A stretch of DNA of 64,000 nucleotides from NCBI GenBank assembly GCA_030141605.1, contig JAQGDQ010000005.1, positions 558,180-622,179 on the forward strand. The letters are read 5' to 3'. The notes below the pieces were generated by a model, which saw nothing but the letters and a program-made list of their open reading frames with translations, ran no database searches and was not told where the DNA came from. Both the position numbers and the translations under genes were made by a program. Below are positions 31,970 through 54,300 of the stretch, one piece after another (position 1 is the first letter of the stretch; each line of letters opens with the position of its first letter). The stretch comes from Tubiluchus corallicola. Taxonomy: Eukaryota; Animalia; Priapulida.

Positions 31970-32135
31970 TAAAACAACAGCAACGACAATAGTAGCAGCA
32001 ACAACGAGATTGACAATAACAGCAACAACAATAACAACAGCACAACAACAACAACTACAATGACATTTAATGAAATAACAATCAACAACCAAGCAACCAA
32101 ACGAACGAACAAAAAAGCGAATAAAAACCAATGCA
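31970..32135. repeat. Degenerate (CAA)n/(AAC)n simple repeat
   Basis: aacaacagcaacgacaatagtagcagcaacaac... tract; it explains the Val/Cys-rich ORF 31868-32167. Confidence 0.8.
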
Positions 32136-32165
32136 ACAATATGAATCTCTATGACTTTTTTGGCC

Positions 32166-32265
32166 ACACCTTAATCAAAATTTAAATTGTTTTAGTAAAT
32201 ATCTATAGTAAATGTCATATTTTGCTTGCAAACTTGCTAAATTTGGAATCGCCGTTTTTAATTAA
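32166..32265. repeat. Dispersed ~100-bp direct repeat, copy 2
   Basis: Matches 29701-29801 with scattered substitutions. Confidence 0.85.
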
Positions 32266-32289
32266 TTTAAGGGCCTACCTTAAGTAAGT

Positions 32290-33000
32290 AAGCAATTTAT
32301 TGTCATTATAGCATAATACATACAATGAAATTTATGTGGTTTTATGTACTGCAGTAACTTATGGAAATAATACGGAGATTAACACAAATAATTCAGTCAG
32401 TTGTACTGTGATATGGTCAATTAATATTAGAGAGTTACTGAAATTTACTGTTGATGGTGCGAATTGCAACGGGATAGAAATAATTTCAAGTTCTTGTGGT
32501 TTTAGCGTTAAGTGAGATGAATCTACGACCAGAAGGGAGCATTTAACCATTCTTACATGTATGCTTGCGTGCCTTATAGGGATTACCAGGTGATAGCCTG
32601 CTGAACGCTCAGCAATCAACTGAGATAAATTGCAGTAATTTTATAGTATATTATAGTAATAATTAATTAATAAGGACCCTACCAGTAGAATTTGCTTCGC
32701 TCCCTAATAATTTTTGTTCTCAGTGTAAGGCTGAGTGATTGAGGTGTGCGCTTAACTGAAATTAAGTATTATTGGGCCTCATTAGTAAAGTGTTGAAGTC
32801 ACTGCTGAGAAAGATGATTCTGTTAGTTTTGTCTGTCATACTGCTTTTAGCCATTTCGCTGCTTGAGGAAATATATACACGTCTTCAAGCGTGGCCAAAA
32901 AACTGTTCTACCGGTTCGGTATCTCAGTTTATAGCACCGTGCTTAATAATTCCAGTCCTGCTACAACCATCAAAGTTAAGAAACTGTCATCATTGAATCC
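32290..33000 (+). mobile_element. Possible degraded LINE fragment (region C-terminal to the RT core)
   Basis: Frameshifted translation TVDGA..ELQRDRNNFKFL resembles the LINE 'I.G..IE.V..FKFLG' motif. A later LKSLLRKMILLV resembles 'L..LQK..IR.I'. There are many stops. Confidence 0.35.
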
Positions 33001-33817
33001 TACTGGGTTCCTGATTTCAGTGCGCTGAAATGTAATAGAAAAGGAAAAACTAAACTCAAAACTCATTAAAACAATCTCCAATCTGAAGTTATAGTTCGTG
33101 TTCAATGAGCTGTCACAGCAGATTTGTTAGTCTGACTAATTACTGTAAATTACACACGTTTTTAGCTAGTAGAAACTTCTTGAGATTAGTACTTTGTTGT
33201 TATTAGGTAGACAAGTGTGTGTGGAAACCTATTTGCTCGTCTATGCTTTTGTAATTGCAAAAGGGCCGCCAAATTGCTCAAAATTATGCGCTTAAACAAA
33301 CACGTGTAGGTCAGCTACACTTATAGTAATTGGATAATTATATTGTCAAACAATGCTCTACATTTTATAATACAATAGGAAAAATATACGTATAAGCAGG
33401 CTATATAGTCCCTAAGCAGTCATATGTGACACGCATTTTTAGAACTGTTTGCCTTGAGGTCGTCATTAGTTTTGCAATTCTTCCGACATTGTGACTTGCT
33501 TAACATGATAAAAGGTTAACGTGCTTATAGCCGACAGACAGTTTACTAACCCTAGGTATACGTACTTTTCTCACTATAAAGATTACTTTGTTGAGCTCGC
33601 TTTGCGGTTACGAAGAACTGTTATAATCTCTCCTGTAGCGGTATCGAATGCAACTCGTAATTATGTGGTTGTAATTGGATTAGTTAAAATGTCGTTTTTC
33701 TACAGTCTGTGCTTTTTAATTTTAACAGTGCAATTTCATTCTGATAACTTAGCAGGTACAGTGTATCGGTGCAATAGTTTAATGTCTAAATGGTTTTTTT
33801 TTAAATCGGTAACGACT

Positions 33818-34301
33818 AAAAGCAGTGATAATGGTTTGTTTAAAGAATTATGGATGTCATTTAGTTTTTGGCAGTTTAGTAAATTGTGATTTAAAGTTTT
33901 TATAATCTAATAATTATCGTCTAGCATTTCTTTCTAAAAATTCTAGCTTAAGCTACACAAGGCGGTTGAACTGCTTTTAATAATATGCATATATATGCGT
34001 ATATCAGTGCATTTGCAGCTTATAGGATGAACAATAGTTCACATCGCTGGACTAAACAATGTGAGGACTAAACAGTGTGAAAAGCAGTGAATAATGGTTT
34101 ATTTTATTTGTTTAAAGAATTATTTTATGTCGGATCTCATCTAGTTTTTGGCAGTTTAGTAAATTGTAATTTAAGGTTTATGATAATCTAATAATTATCA
34201 TGTGTCTAGCATTCTTTCTAAAAATTCTAGTACAAGCTACACAAGGTGGTTGAACTGCTTTTAAATTATATGCATTATATGCGTATGTCAGTGCATTTGT
34301 A
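33818..34301. repeat. Near-tandem duplication of a ~200-bp segment upstream of TTLL4-B
   Basis: aaaagcagtga.taatggttt...aagctacacaagg.ggttgaactgctttta...tcagtgcatttg.ag occurs at ~33818-34018 and ~34080-34301. Confidence 0.88.
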
Positions 34302-35655
34302 GATAATTATTATTAATCAAATAACCATGCCAAACAAAAGACTTAGGCTGCACGCGTAGAATAGCTTCATTGGCATACAGTGTTTTTGTTTTAGCAAAAT
34401 GTCACATTATTAGAATATTCATAAAAATTACTCTACAGGTGTAGTAATAATTATTTGTTGTGGACTTATTTTGTTAGGTACATTTATGGATAAAATTTAG
34501 CGTTATATAGAAGAACTTTAAAACTTTTTCTGGATGGGTATGAAATCTGAATAAAAATATGAACACCAACTACGTAAAACATGCAAAACTTTATTTCGGA
34601 CGTCCGGTGCAGCCAAAAAGTCCAAAAGTTCTGCATCATGTTTTTTACATCTGAATGAAAGCTGTTTTCCTGTTAAAAATTCCTATTTAAGTTCTAAAAA
34701 TACCTCCAATATTGCAGGAAATTTGACAGCAGCGATCACACCTGTCTCGCTGCTGGAACTTGTACCAGTCTGCATATGCTTCAGCTATATATTTTTTTTA
34801 ATTTTAATTATTTAGCACTTCTAACTTGTAAATTTGGTAACCATTTTTGAAATTATTCTGTTACTTGGGTTGCCATTAACTTTCCAAGCTCATTTTTAGA
34901 TGTGATAATTAAGCAACCAAAGTTAACCAGTACTGTGTCTGGTCATTGGAATTATAACGCGACTATTATGATGTTACAAACCCACAATTAATTTAATTGT
35001 GATACCAAATTTGAAAGTTTGGGACACAGCCTGCATTTGAACATGGCCTTCTGCTTATCAAACTCAGGCTGCTTTCCAGCCTCTTCGCATTTGTATCTCA
35101 AGGGTTGGCATTAAAATGTAATTAACTGTGGATGTGCTGCATCAGTATAACAATTAATGATCGAGTATTGGAAAAACTGCTTATAGGCAATTTCGTCTGC
35201 CACACCTCATTAGCTGTTTCTCTTGCTGAAGTAGGTCATTGTACTTGTACTCACCTCGAAAGTGGCTAAGATATCTCTGGAGTTCATTATCTTGGAGGAT
35301 TATCTTTCAAAATTTGTTAGATTTCTATCTTGCAATAAACACCCAGTGAGCAAGACCTACAGAAGTACATTGAATAGGTCTTACTTGCTGTCGAATTCTG
35401 TTTGAACTGTTTTGTACAATATGTTAGATATATGATACAAAATTTACTTTTGATCAGTTATCATTAACATCATTTGAACCGTAAGTGGGTTGTGTTACAG
35501 TCAGTCAGCGGAATGTTGCAAAGAAAAGTTTGGCGTTGATTGACCAGCAGACAAGAAACAGCTGACTCATTAGACTGTCTGAAGCAACAATGACTTTTAG
35601 ACATCATTGAGCTTCGTTAACAGTGGGTTGAAGGACTAGTGGACAGAATGACATT

Positions 35656-43882
<8,227 letters not shown>

Positions 43883-45388
43883 TTTAGACAAGGATAATGG
43901 ACATGACAGTGTTGTTGTTATTGTGAATGTCAGTTAAATTGTATCGCTTTTAAACAGTTTAAAATATGGTTTACAAATTTACCAATTTATATGAGTTGCA
44001 AGCATTAATTATCAGTACTCCAAATGGTATCGAACTTTCATCATACAACTGAGTTGCAGAGTGAATGTTATTTAGCTGTTACAAAATGGTTAATGCAAAC
44101 CAGTGCCAACTGGTTTTTGTTTTTGTTTTTGAAAGGAAAAATAAAAGAATATTATTACACGTTAAGTTAAACCTGGATCTTTTTTCATGTTTCTAGGTAA
44201 TCACATCCTTGAATTGGCAATGAGATTAATTTTCTAAGTGCACTACTTACCTACAATATTGACAAGAAGTATTTCAACTAGTGTTCAAAATTCTGAAGAA
44301 GTTACACATGTAAACATCACAATCTCTAATTGCAAACCGAAAGATTACTTATTTGTGCCTAAATCTAGCCAAATGAAAGGATTGGGACACATTACTATCA
44401 CCTATATCATCGTACAACTAAATAACTTTCATAATTCTTTCAAAACCAGTTACCAATAAATAAAAAATTGAAAACCATGTGTGTTTGGGGTCAAGTGACT
44501 GTGAAACTAATGTTTAAACTCGATGTTGGCATTGGATATTATCACTGAAATACTAGTTATGGACTTCAATCCTTATATTGCTGTTCAGCATTTTAACTGC
44601 AATCAGTACCCTACATCCACATTTATAATGAAATTCACATAAAGCAAAATAAAGTTTATGATTGTTTAATAATAACTACATATATAACGTGAATAAATAA
44701 CTTGAATAAAAATTGGATTTCACAAAGGAAAAGCATTAAATAAATTACAGTAAACTCCTTACAAACAATGCAGTTGCGATAAACAAATCTTTTACAAATA
44801 TAAAACATAAAAAATTAAACATTTGCAAACTCAAGGAGATGAATCTAAACAAAAATTAATCCACTTTAATGCGTGAACAATCTGAAACACTGTTTTGGCG
44901 ACATTTTAATGCAGAAAAAAGCACAAGTACACTCGGTCATTGTGGGCAGAAATATTAGTTTAATTTGGTTTTTCTGAATTTTTACTGTCATCTTTAGAAG
45001 TAAGACAGATTTATAAAATGTAAAAAACAGAAATGTCATTTAAAATTGGAAGAAACAGATAAAATGCCACCTCTTGTTGCTGAACATAGTTTAAAATTTT
45101 CAGATTTCAAGCTAAAATTGAACAGATGGCAAGAAAAATGCCCACAGATCTCGGTAAACCTAACTTCTTTCCACTAAAATCCTCGAAGTTTATGCACTTC
45201 TTCAAATTGTGTTATGCAATCAAACTTTACAATTGTAAATTATAAAACGCCATTTTCATATCTTCTTATGAGAGTATATTTAAACTTAGCATATTTTGTT
45301 GTGAAAACGCAAGATTCGTATTTTAAAAAGGTTTAAATAAATTGCATGTAAAAATTTCCCATTAACTTGCAAGTTATCACAGCACATT

Positions 45389-48300
45389 TCACGTGTCCAG
45401 GTTCATCAACAAGGCTGTACCACGTTTTATCCAATGATCAGGAGAAAACATACCAGACTTCAAGTCAATAGTTAAGATGTATGAACTTTCTCTCTTGCTG
45501 TAATAATAGCAAGGACAGGCATACATACCTGAAATTAAATATTGCACTGCTCAAGTACAAATGCAGTCAGATAAAGATGCTTTGTTTTAGACCACTTTTA
45601 CCTTCCACAACCTCATCATAAATGAAAAAGTAATTTCTCGACAATGATTGTGTAATTCTGCACACCCGGCATTTTTCCTTACCTTTGGCACTTTTCTTCT
45701 TATCTACTGGTTTGAAGGTAATGGTTGGAATTGAACAGACAAGTTCCATGGGTGCTGCTTCAACAAGAGATGTGTTTTTCTTATCCCAACCTGCTCCTTC
45801 CAGATGCAACCCACGTACGTAAACTCCATCCTAATGAATGCAATTCTAGTAACCATGTGACAAGAATTACGCACATATAGATCAATAATAATTACGACAA
45901 ACAAGGAAAAATAGAAACACAAGCTCTGCACATGTGCACAACATTCCTTTTTTATACAAATCAGGTACAGCACACGACAGCAGGGCCTACTCAATGGGGT
46001 CTGCAGATGATGAAAGCAGGACCTGAAACTAATTCAGTATTAAGGATAGTCCTCTAAGAACAGACATTCCATGGGCACCATGGCAGTTCAGTATTAAACT
46101 GGTAGCTGTTGATGGTTTAGTGATCAGTCAGGCTCAGCACTGCTTAACTTCAGTTGCTAAGTACACAAAGTAACATTTTACCAGTTTATTTGAGAAAACT
46201 TATAGGTAAAAGGTGATAGACACAAATTCCTAAAATGTCAGTTGAGAAGAACTTTGTCCAACATCTCTAATTTTTAGACGTTGGTTTCATATTGAGTCAC
46301 CCAAAAAACCATATTTAAAATTGAATGTGAAGTCCACAAAATGGGTTTCAAGTTTCTACTACTTATTTTTATTAACATGTTATGTGATTACATCTGTACC
46401 TCTGATGCTTTTCCAAACCTAGGTGCACAGTTTCCCATTCTGGAGGTGGGAGGTGGCATTTTACCTGTATTAGAAACTTGACTTTTTTCAAATATGATAT
46501 TGTATATGGGGTGCAAAAATTATCGAACATTTCCTAGGGGCATACTGCACAGAAAAGATTTGGAATTTCTGTGTGCCAGATTCTGACTTGAAGCATGCCG
46601 AATTGTATACAAACAAAATAAAAGAAAAATAAAAAAGAAAATTTAAACAACAAAAAATGACTATAAGTATTAAAACAGTTCATTCAAACAAATTAAAAGA
46701 AGTTGAAAACAAATTATAAGCCAACAGGCCTCAAAAAAGCTAACTTTTTAAACTAATAAATGCACTACAAATAGTGGCTATTCCCACCAAGATAAGCAAA
46801 TAGCTAACAGCAGCATTTCTTGTAAAACCAAGCACATTTTCCAATTGAAAGAACAGGCATATTTGACAACTTACTTTTGGAGGTCCCATTCCAACTAACA
46901 TCGAATCGTCAGTTGTTGCAACAGCAAATTCCCACGAAAGTGAGTCAATTGAAATGCTATTCTGTCGTGCAGCTGTCTGGAGTACAGCCGTGAGAAACCC
47001 TGAAGCAAACAACACTATAGTAATTTCACAAATACTATATATTGCATATTTATATACATTTCTGAGCTATTTCTACCATTAAAATAACTCATTTAGGGAT
47101 TTAGATCACTTTGGTACCATATCAAGGTAAAAAATTCCAATGTCTATCTGGTTTCACTGCTTTGTTAGCATTAATTGTTACAAGTACAATATATTATTTA
47201 TGGTTAAAGTGTGAAGCAAACTTTGCCAAAAATTAGTACTGCAAATAGTCAAATTTTTTAACTGATAGTACCTGTGGGATATGAGAATCCTGATATCCAG
47301 AATATAGGTGGTGGATGTGTAGTTGATGCCCATTTCTCAAACTGTGCAACACGCTGTTCCAAGTCGCGAGTCCAAGAGCCAAGTGGTTTTTGAGATGGAT
47401 ATACCTAACAATGTGGATAGTGTAAATTTGTTTTTTTCCAAATGACACTGCTTGACATATGCAGTTTACAAAAACATAAGTAGAAACATTAAAGCACCCT
47501 TAATTACTTGAATTATTTATGACAGTGCATATGTAACATGGTAAATGAGTTTCCACCATTAATTGCTTATATTATGCAGAACATATTTAGTTTGTTGCAT
47601 ATATAACGTACTGTAGGAGGCAGATTAATACTTAATTGAGTGTTTGTACTCTATATGTAATAAAGTGATTCCTAGCATTGGCAATCATATTTTACATTGT
47701 TTCACTACATAGACTTTGTGACAGTTGCAGTTAAACCGTTGACATATGCAAATATTTGCTTAGCAGTTTGCAAGACAGACTTAATTTTTAAACTAATTGT
47801 TTTGATTTTGTGTTCTGCCTGCTGTAAATAGGCTAAGTTCACCAAACCCAAGCGCCAAAAATAGCAGGTATTATTACATTTCATAAATGTAATGTTCTAT
47901 ACATAAGTTGAAGACTACTCATATAGTACCTTTTCCCATTCAGGTGGCACTTGGCCTTGACTGATACAAGTAAATATATTATCCAGAGTATTGGACATCA
48001 CAACTACACCTTTGATTCCTTTCTCTAGTTTGATTAGCGAGGATCTGATTATGTTTAGCAAGCTATTGTATCGCTGTATCTATAAAATTAAATTCATGAT
48101 ACATATTCATTGAGAAAACATTTTCAAAGAAACGTACGATTAAGAGTATCATTACCATTCAGCAGCAACCATTACCCAAACAAAATGATTATATAAATTA
48201 AGAAAAAAATCAGTTTCACTTTCGTAAATTAATAAAAGGCATCTCATTAAACATTATCATTATCATGATGATTAATATGATTATTAGGTTTTTGAGTCAA

Positions 48301-51300
48301 GTTAAGAGGGCACTATTATGGATAAAATAGTAATGTTGAATTAACAATGTTCTTGTCCATTGAATTTTGATGTTTATATATATATATATATATCTATAAA
48401 CATCAAATATATATATATATTAATGTTACTTTAAAATGTACTAAACAAAATGAGTAAAATTTATCTTTCAAGCACCACATTAAGCATTTAAAATATTTGT
48501 GTAGACTTACATTTCTATATATCCAAGAGCATCCAGGCAAATTAAATAGCTGAATGGTTATGGCACATGTTTAGCAACCGGAGTTACGGAATTTTGACAC
48601 TGTTCAAGGTATCGAGTGGGCATCTGCTAAGTTCTGTACTCTCCCTAGGTGGTATTATTTGCCATATTCATTCTTTCTGTTAATCATGTTGAGGTAGGAT
48701 ATATTCACACACACACACCTTTGCTGGTTCAGTGTATCTTCTTAGAGCGTTGCTTTAATAATAAACCAACTTGCATTCTTTATTAAATATAAAAATGTAA
48801 ATTTAACAACACTGCAAGTTTATGGCTTCACAATGCCATTATATAGTCCTATCTTAACCATCAACAGTAAAGTAGTGCTACCCGAGTTCTTACCTCCTGT
48901 AACAGAACTACATTTAATGGAGAAGGGTCAGTAGCGAGCAACTTTGACGTCATTTCATAATCAACATTTTCCGGAATCTTCTTCAACACATCTGCACTAA
49001 GTTCAAGAACCTAAAATTGATGAATTGTTTACCTGCACTTAGAAAATAAAATGTATAAGAAAATATAACAAAAGCATATTCACTGCTAAAAAAGTGAAGC
49101 ATGACATGTTTTATGATATGATTTCTACTAACATGTTAAAAACTAACTATCTATCAATCACCTGTTTTACCTGTTTTAATAGTATTAGATTCAGTTGCTT
49201 ATTTAAACTTTTTGGCAAAAAATTAATCAATAATTATCATAAATTGACACTTATGTGTGACAAAAGTATTACAAAGAGAAATAAACAATAAGACTACACA
49301 ATTGACAAGATTGATGACATGACTTTTTGCAAAGCAGGTAAAAATAGAAATTAGAGTTATAATACGTGATGCTGGTCAAGTAGAAAATTTAATTTAATTT
49401 TGGTAGCCGAATCACATTGTATATTTCACACCAACTCCTTCAAGCCTGAAAATAACTGACAAGTCCAAAAAATATATACTAAGTATTAACAGTAAACATT
49501 ATAATCTTTCTGTAAGTTTTAAAACATTACACTAGTATGCTTATAAATTATCGACACAAACAGAGACGAGCAACTATAAATTCTAATAACAACAGAAATA
49601 CCTTATCCTCTAAGCTGACTTCTGCATCAACAGAAACTCGAGGTTTTAATGACAGCAAAGTATCAAACAACAGTCTGGCTTCAATGATTTGAGATGAAAT
49701 GTCTGCATTTGGATGCTGGCCAAAAGCTTCTGGATGATCCGTTGGTGGTAATAGGTTAATAAACTCCTTGTATGACTGCAGTGTACCGTCTTTTGGAATG
49801 TAATAAGTAGGCAAGCTGGAAAGCCTGAGTCAGAGACAAAAATACTTTGCAGATTTGCACACAGGTTCAATCAAAAATTGTTTAAACAACACTGAACAAA
49901 TATTTATTAGAATTCAAATTAGTAGAAAAGTAATGCATAACAACAGTAAACTAAATAGTTACACATAAAAATGAAATAAAAAATATCATAAAGTAACAAA
50001 AATGTAAATAGTGAAATGAAAACTATTAAAAAGCAACAAACAGTACATTCAGATTTGAATATTTACAAAAATAATACCAAAAGCTGACACTTTCAGATAG
50101 TAATATATGTTACTAGGCAAGAGGAATAGCTAAGTAGCCACTGTAATGTGACTAATGAGAAACGAAACTTGAGCTGGGCCTGGTAAAACAAATGCATGTG
50201 TAAGAGGCAAGGAACTAGAGTGTTCATATACTGATGTTTATTGATTTATACTGCTGTAGCCTTTTTGTTGCTGGTTGGTTACTTACATTTGATTTATAAA
50301 CTTAAATTATTTATTAAACAAATATCACTTATAGTTACTATATTAATATTAATGCACCCAAAAATTAATTAACCAAAAAATAAAAAGGTCAAAAATCGAG
50401 TTTCAAAATAGAATAAACTTTGCAAAGATTTGACAGATAATAAAATAGCTATACAAATTCTATACTAATAATCAGCAACAAAAGTGAAGAGTTAATAAAA
50501 AAATTGATTTGCATAAAGGAACCTGCACATGTTAACTCACTTGCAAAGCACTTTAAATCGTGAAAAACAAATTAGATAAGTTAAATTCTAAAATATTTTT
50601 ACTTGTAAAATGGTGCTGCAACAGCATCTTCACAAAAGATCTGGTTCACATAAGCATTGAGTAAACGTCGATCAAACTCATCCGTTACATGACCACCATA
50701 GTTGACACCAGCAATGAGATATTTCAAGGTGTCCCAAGGCGTTTCCTCATACTCGTCCAAGTATAATTGTAACAAGTTCTCAGACACCTAAAAATATGTT
50801 AAGAAAACACTACATTAAAATTGGTAACCTACTGATACTAATAGTATTGTCAGTTCATGTCAAGAAAAAACTTCTAGATTAAATCTGACACTAGTGTTGA
50901 TTAGTTTAAAGAAACTGTGATCAAAAACTTAATGCACATTTGCTAGGACGATGAGTAACAGTCACTTAGTACATTAAAATTACATGTATTTACAATCTTA
51001 TATATATATATAATATTTCACTGAAATTACGTATATAAATATTTATATATCACCGAAATTAATTATAAGATTATTATGATTATTATTATTAATTTATATA
51101 CTAAATATTGCACTATTAAAATGGTGTACATTTGTTTAATGAATTATATGAAACAAGGTATGCCATGGTCAGGAATAGGGTAATTTGACATATCAAACTT
51201 TCAAGCATTCGATGCATTCATATGTCCAAGTAAATTTTATGGCACATTAGAATGAATGAGCACCTGAATGATCTCCCTGCTACAGCTACCACTCTGTGTC

Positions 51301-54300
51301 CTACACTCAGCCTTTCCAACAACTTTATTGAAGCCATCCGCACTTCCAACACTGATCTTGGCTTCGTGCACAGTTAGCTATTTGGCTGCTGCTTAACACG
51401 CAAAATAACGTGTGGCAAACTAAATTACTAAACTTTACAGCTATAGCAAAAATCGATTTTAATATTGTATGTTTCTTACTCAAAGCCAAATAATTTGCTT
51501 TGCGTTGAGAAAAAAGCCTTTCAAATTACAGCGCTTTAACGAAACTTTCAAGAAAAAATGTGCAACTTGCCTCGAAGTCAGAATCGTTGAATTTGTAAAT
51601 TACATTCCAACCAAGCTGTAGAAACTTCCTGCGTTCCAGTAGCAATGAATGGAAGAAACAAAGGCCGAACAAAAGCTTCTTGTACTTAACTGGTTTCCTG
51701 CTGTGTGAGAACTGCTCCTTTGACACCAAGTTGTACATTCGCTTCAAGTTAGATTTTAAACCCTATAATCAACAAAAAGATAATAATAAATGAAATCTAT
51801 ATTAGTTACGGCCATTACAGGACTGCTATAGATATAACAATAAAGTTAAAATTATTTCATGATTAAGATAAAGATGGCAATGATGATGTTGATGACAGCG
51901 ATGATGATGATGACGATGATGACAATGAAGACAACGACGATGGTCATGATGATGGCGATGATGATGATGGTGACGGTAATGGCAGCAAATATGATGTTAA
52001 ACTGTAAGCAATCCATCTATATCTCATGTACATCATGACTAGTTGACTGTCAAAGAAGATTTGCCATTATAGACGCCATAAGAAATGCTTTTACCCGAGA
52101 TGGTTCCGTTGTCATTTTCAGTCCAGCTTGGAGAATGGACACGGGAAATTCTGGATGTGGATTAGAGCTTAACCACAAGCGGAAATCCGGATGAGGTTCT
52201 TCCACTTGCAATTGTTCCACCAGCTTGTCTAATGTCGGCATCCAGCTGAGAGAGAGATGACAGTTAGCGAGGAATACCCAATAACCCTGAAATATTTTCA
52301 AAATGCATCAAATCGCTGAACTTCAAATATTACAATTAAAACAGAAATTTGCAATAATGGGTCATTTTTCACCAACTTCTGGCAGAAAAAAGTATATAAA
52401 TTTAATATATAAATTTATATATATATATAAAAATATAAATACATATTTAAATTTAAATATAAATATACAGGTAAATATCAGAATGTACAGATAAAATGTA
52501 AATGTGGAAAAATAGATGGTCCCAAAAGTAGAATTGTATTGGTGCTATAATTTCATGAATATCTGCCAGTACATTACAATTAATGGCAAGGGGAAATTGA
52601 AAGCCTGCAAAGCCAAGACTTTATAAGCCGTACAGTATTTTGGCATATCAAACTTTCACATATCCAACATATCAAATGTCAAATAGTGACACATAGTGAA
52701 AACTTTGTTTTAAAAAAAGCTTATTTTAGAATGACCTCACTTTGAGCCAGGGGCGTCGTGCACCAAAAAAAATTGGGGGGGGGGCCCGACTGTATATAAT
52801 GGCAGAACTTAACTGTTTAAAAACGTATAATTTTGAATTCTCACACAGTATTTTGCGTGCAAGAAAAACGATTTATTTATTCCCAACTGGCATTTAACTT
52901 AAAGCTATAGCAACAGAAACTTAATTAAAATTAAAAATTAAATTTAATTAAGTAGTTATTAGCCGTAGAACCTGGGTCGGGAACACGGTTGGACTTGAAA
53001 AATGAAGTCAGATTGGACTGCCTTGACATCGTTTAAGAAATATAGAATCACGTGAAAATTCCTGTTTGTCAACAAGATGAAACAACAGTGCAATAAATGA
53101 GCAAATACGCAGCTAAAATGGCAGCGAAAACTAGCATAGATTCTCCTAGCAGGAGAAAAATGATAAAATGTGCTCAAAATCACGCCCTTTTATGCAGCAA
53201 ACTCGTGGGAAAGAGTCGCTAAGGAGTAGCAAAGAGTCGGTAATGTCCAATCAGGAGGCGGCTCATCAATTTGTATCTCCCAAACCGACTCTCTGGTACT
53301 AGGCTAGCTCGACAAACTGACTCTCAGTCAGAATAATTTAACTCGGCGACAAACTTTAATGATAAAAAATATTATTGGGCTACTGTACCGAAACACTTAT
53401 ACTGTTCACATTTATGGAGCGCTGGCCCGCTATTGAGTGTCAAAAAGTCGGAAATAAATTTGCTTACGAGTTTGCCGTCGAGTTTTCATGTTTCTCTCTT
53501 TGACATCTTCTAAAAAATTGGGGGGGGGGCAGGCCCCTATGGCACGACGCCACTGCTTTGAGCACATTCAGAGAGCATATGAAATCATGTATCATACTAC
53601 ATAATGCTCCGGCAACTATATAGTTTGGAAAATAATGTCCAGTTGTAACTAAGGTTGCTGCTATGTTGTTACATTTTTTCCCTATGAATACTTGAGAATG
53701 TAATACCGGGAAATATGAAAATATGAATATGAAAATTTTTCCAAATGAAAAGCAATTTGGAAAATAATGACAAACCTATGTAAAACACACATTAACCAAC
53801 TAATATGACAAACAATATGCAACAGCAGTGATACAGAATTGTTGTTCACTGTAAAATCACTGTTACATGGTGCCTTATAGTGACAGAGACAGCAAGAAGA
53901 GCAGTAAAGGCTGAGAAACTGGCTCACAAGTTAAAAAATGTCAATGATTGTGTTCATAGAAGTGTTTCAACATTGAGCGAAAACCCATTTAAGCTTTAAG
54001 CAATGTGCATGACTTGTGAATGAATGTTTTCACTAGAATGATGTTCAGTAGAATAAACAACAAAAATTATCAGATTAATGATTAATGATTAGACTATTAG
54101 ATTTTTGGTATATTTGAATAGAAACAGTCTATGCCTGAATTTTTTCTGCACATTTCAGATGAAATGTCCTTCATCACCATAATTCCCAAAATGTAAGTGC
54201 ATTAACATTTTAATTACCTCTTTCGCTCCTTCTCTGACCATCCTAGTAGCCATAGGTGCCTGACCTTGACCAAGAGACAGTGCATGAAATCTATTTGCCA

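Noticed and set aside
34478-34815. Candidate upstream coding exon of TTLL4-B
   Set aside because: An acceptor is present at 34477, but all frames hit stops and no convincing donor links to the next exon. It may be 5' UTR.
34830-34885. RFX X-box upstream of TTLL4-B
   Set aside because: Only half-site matches (gttgccat) are present; there is no full palindromic X-box.
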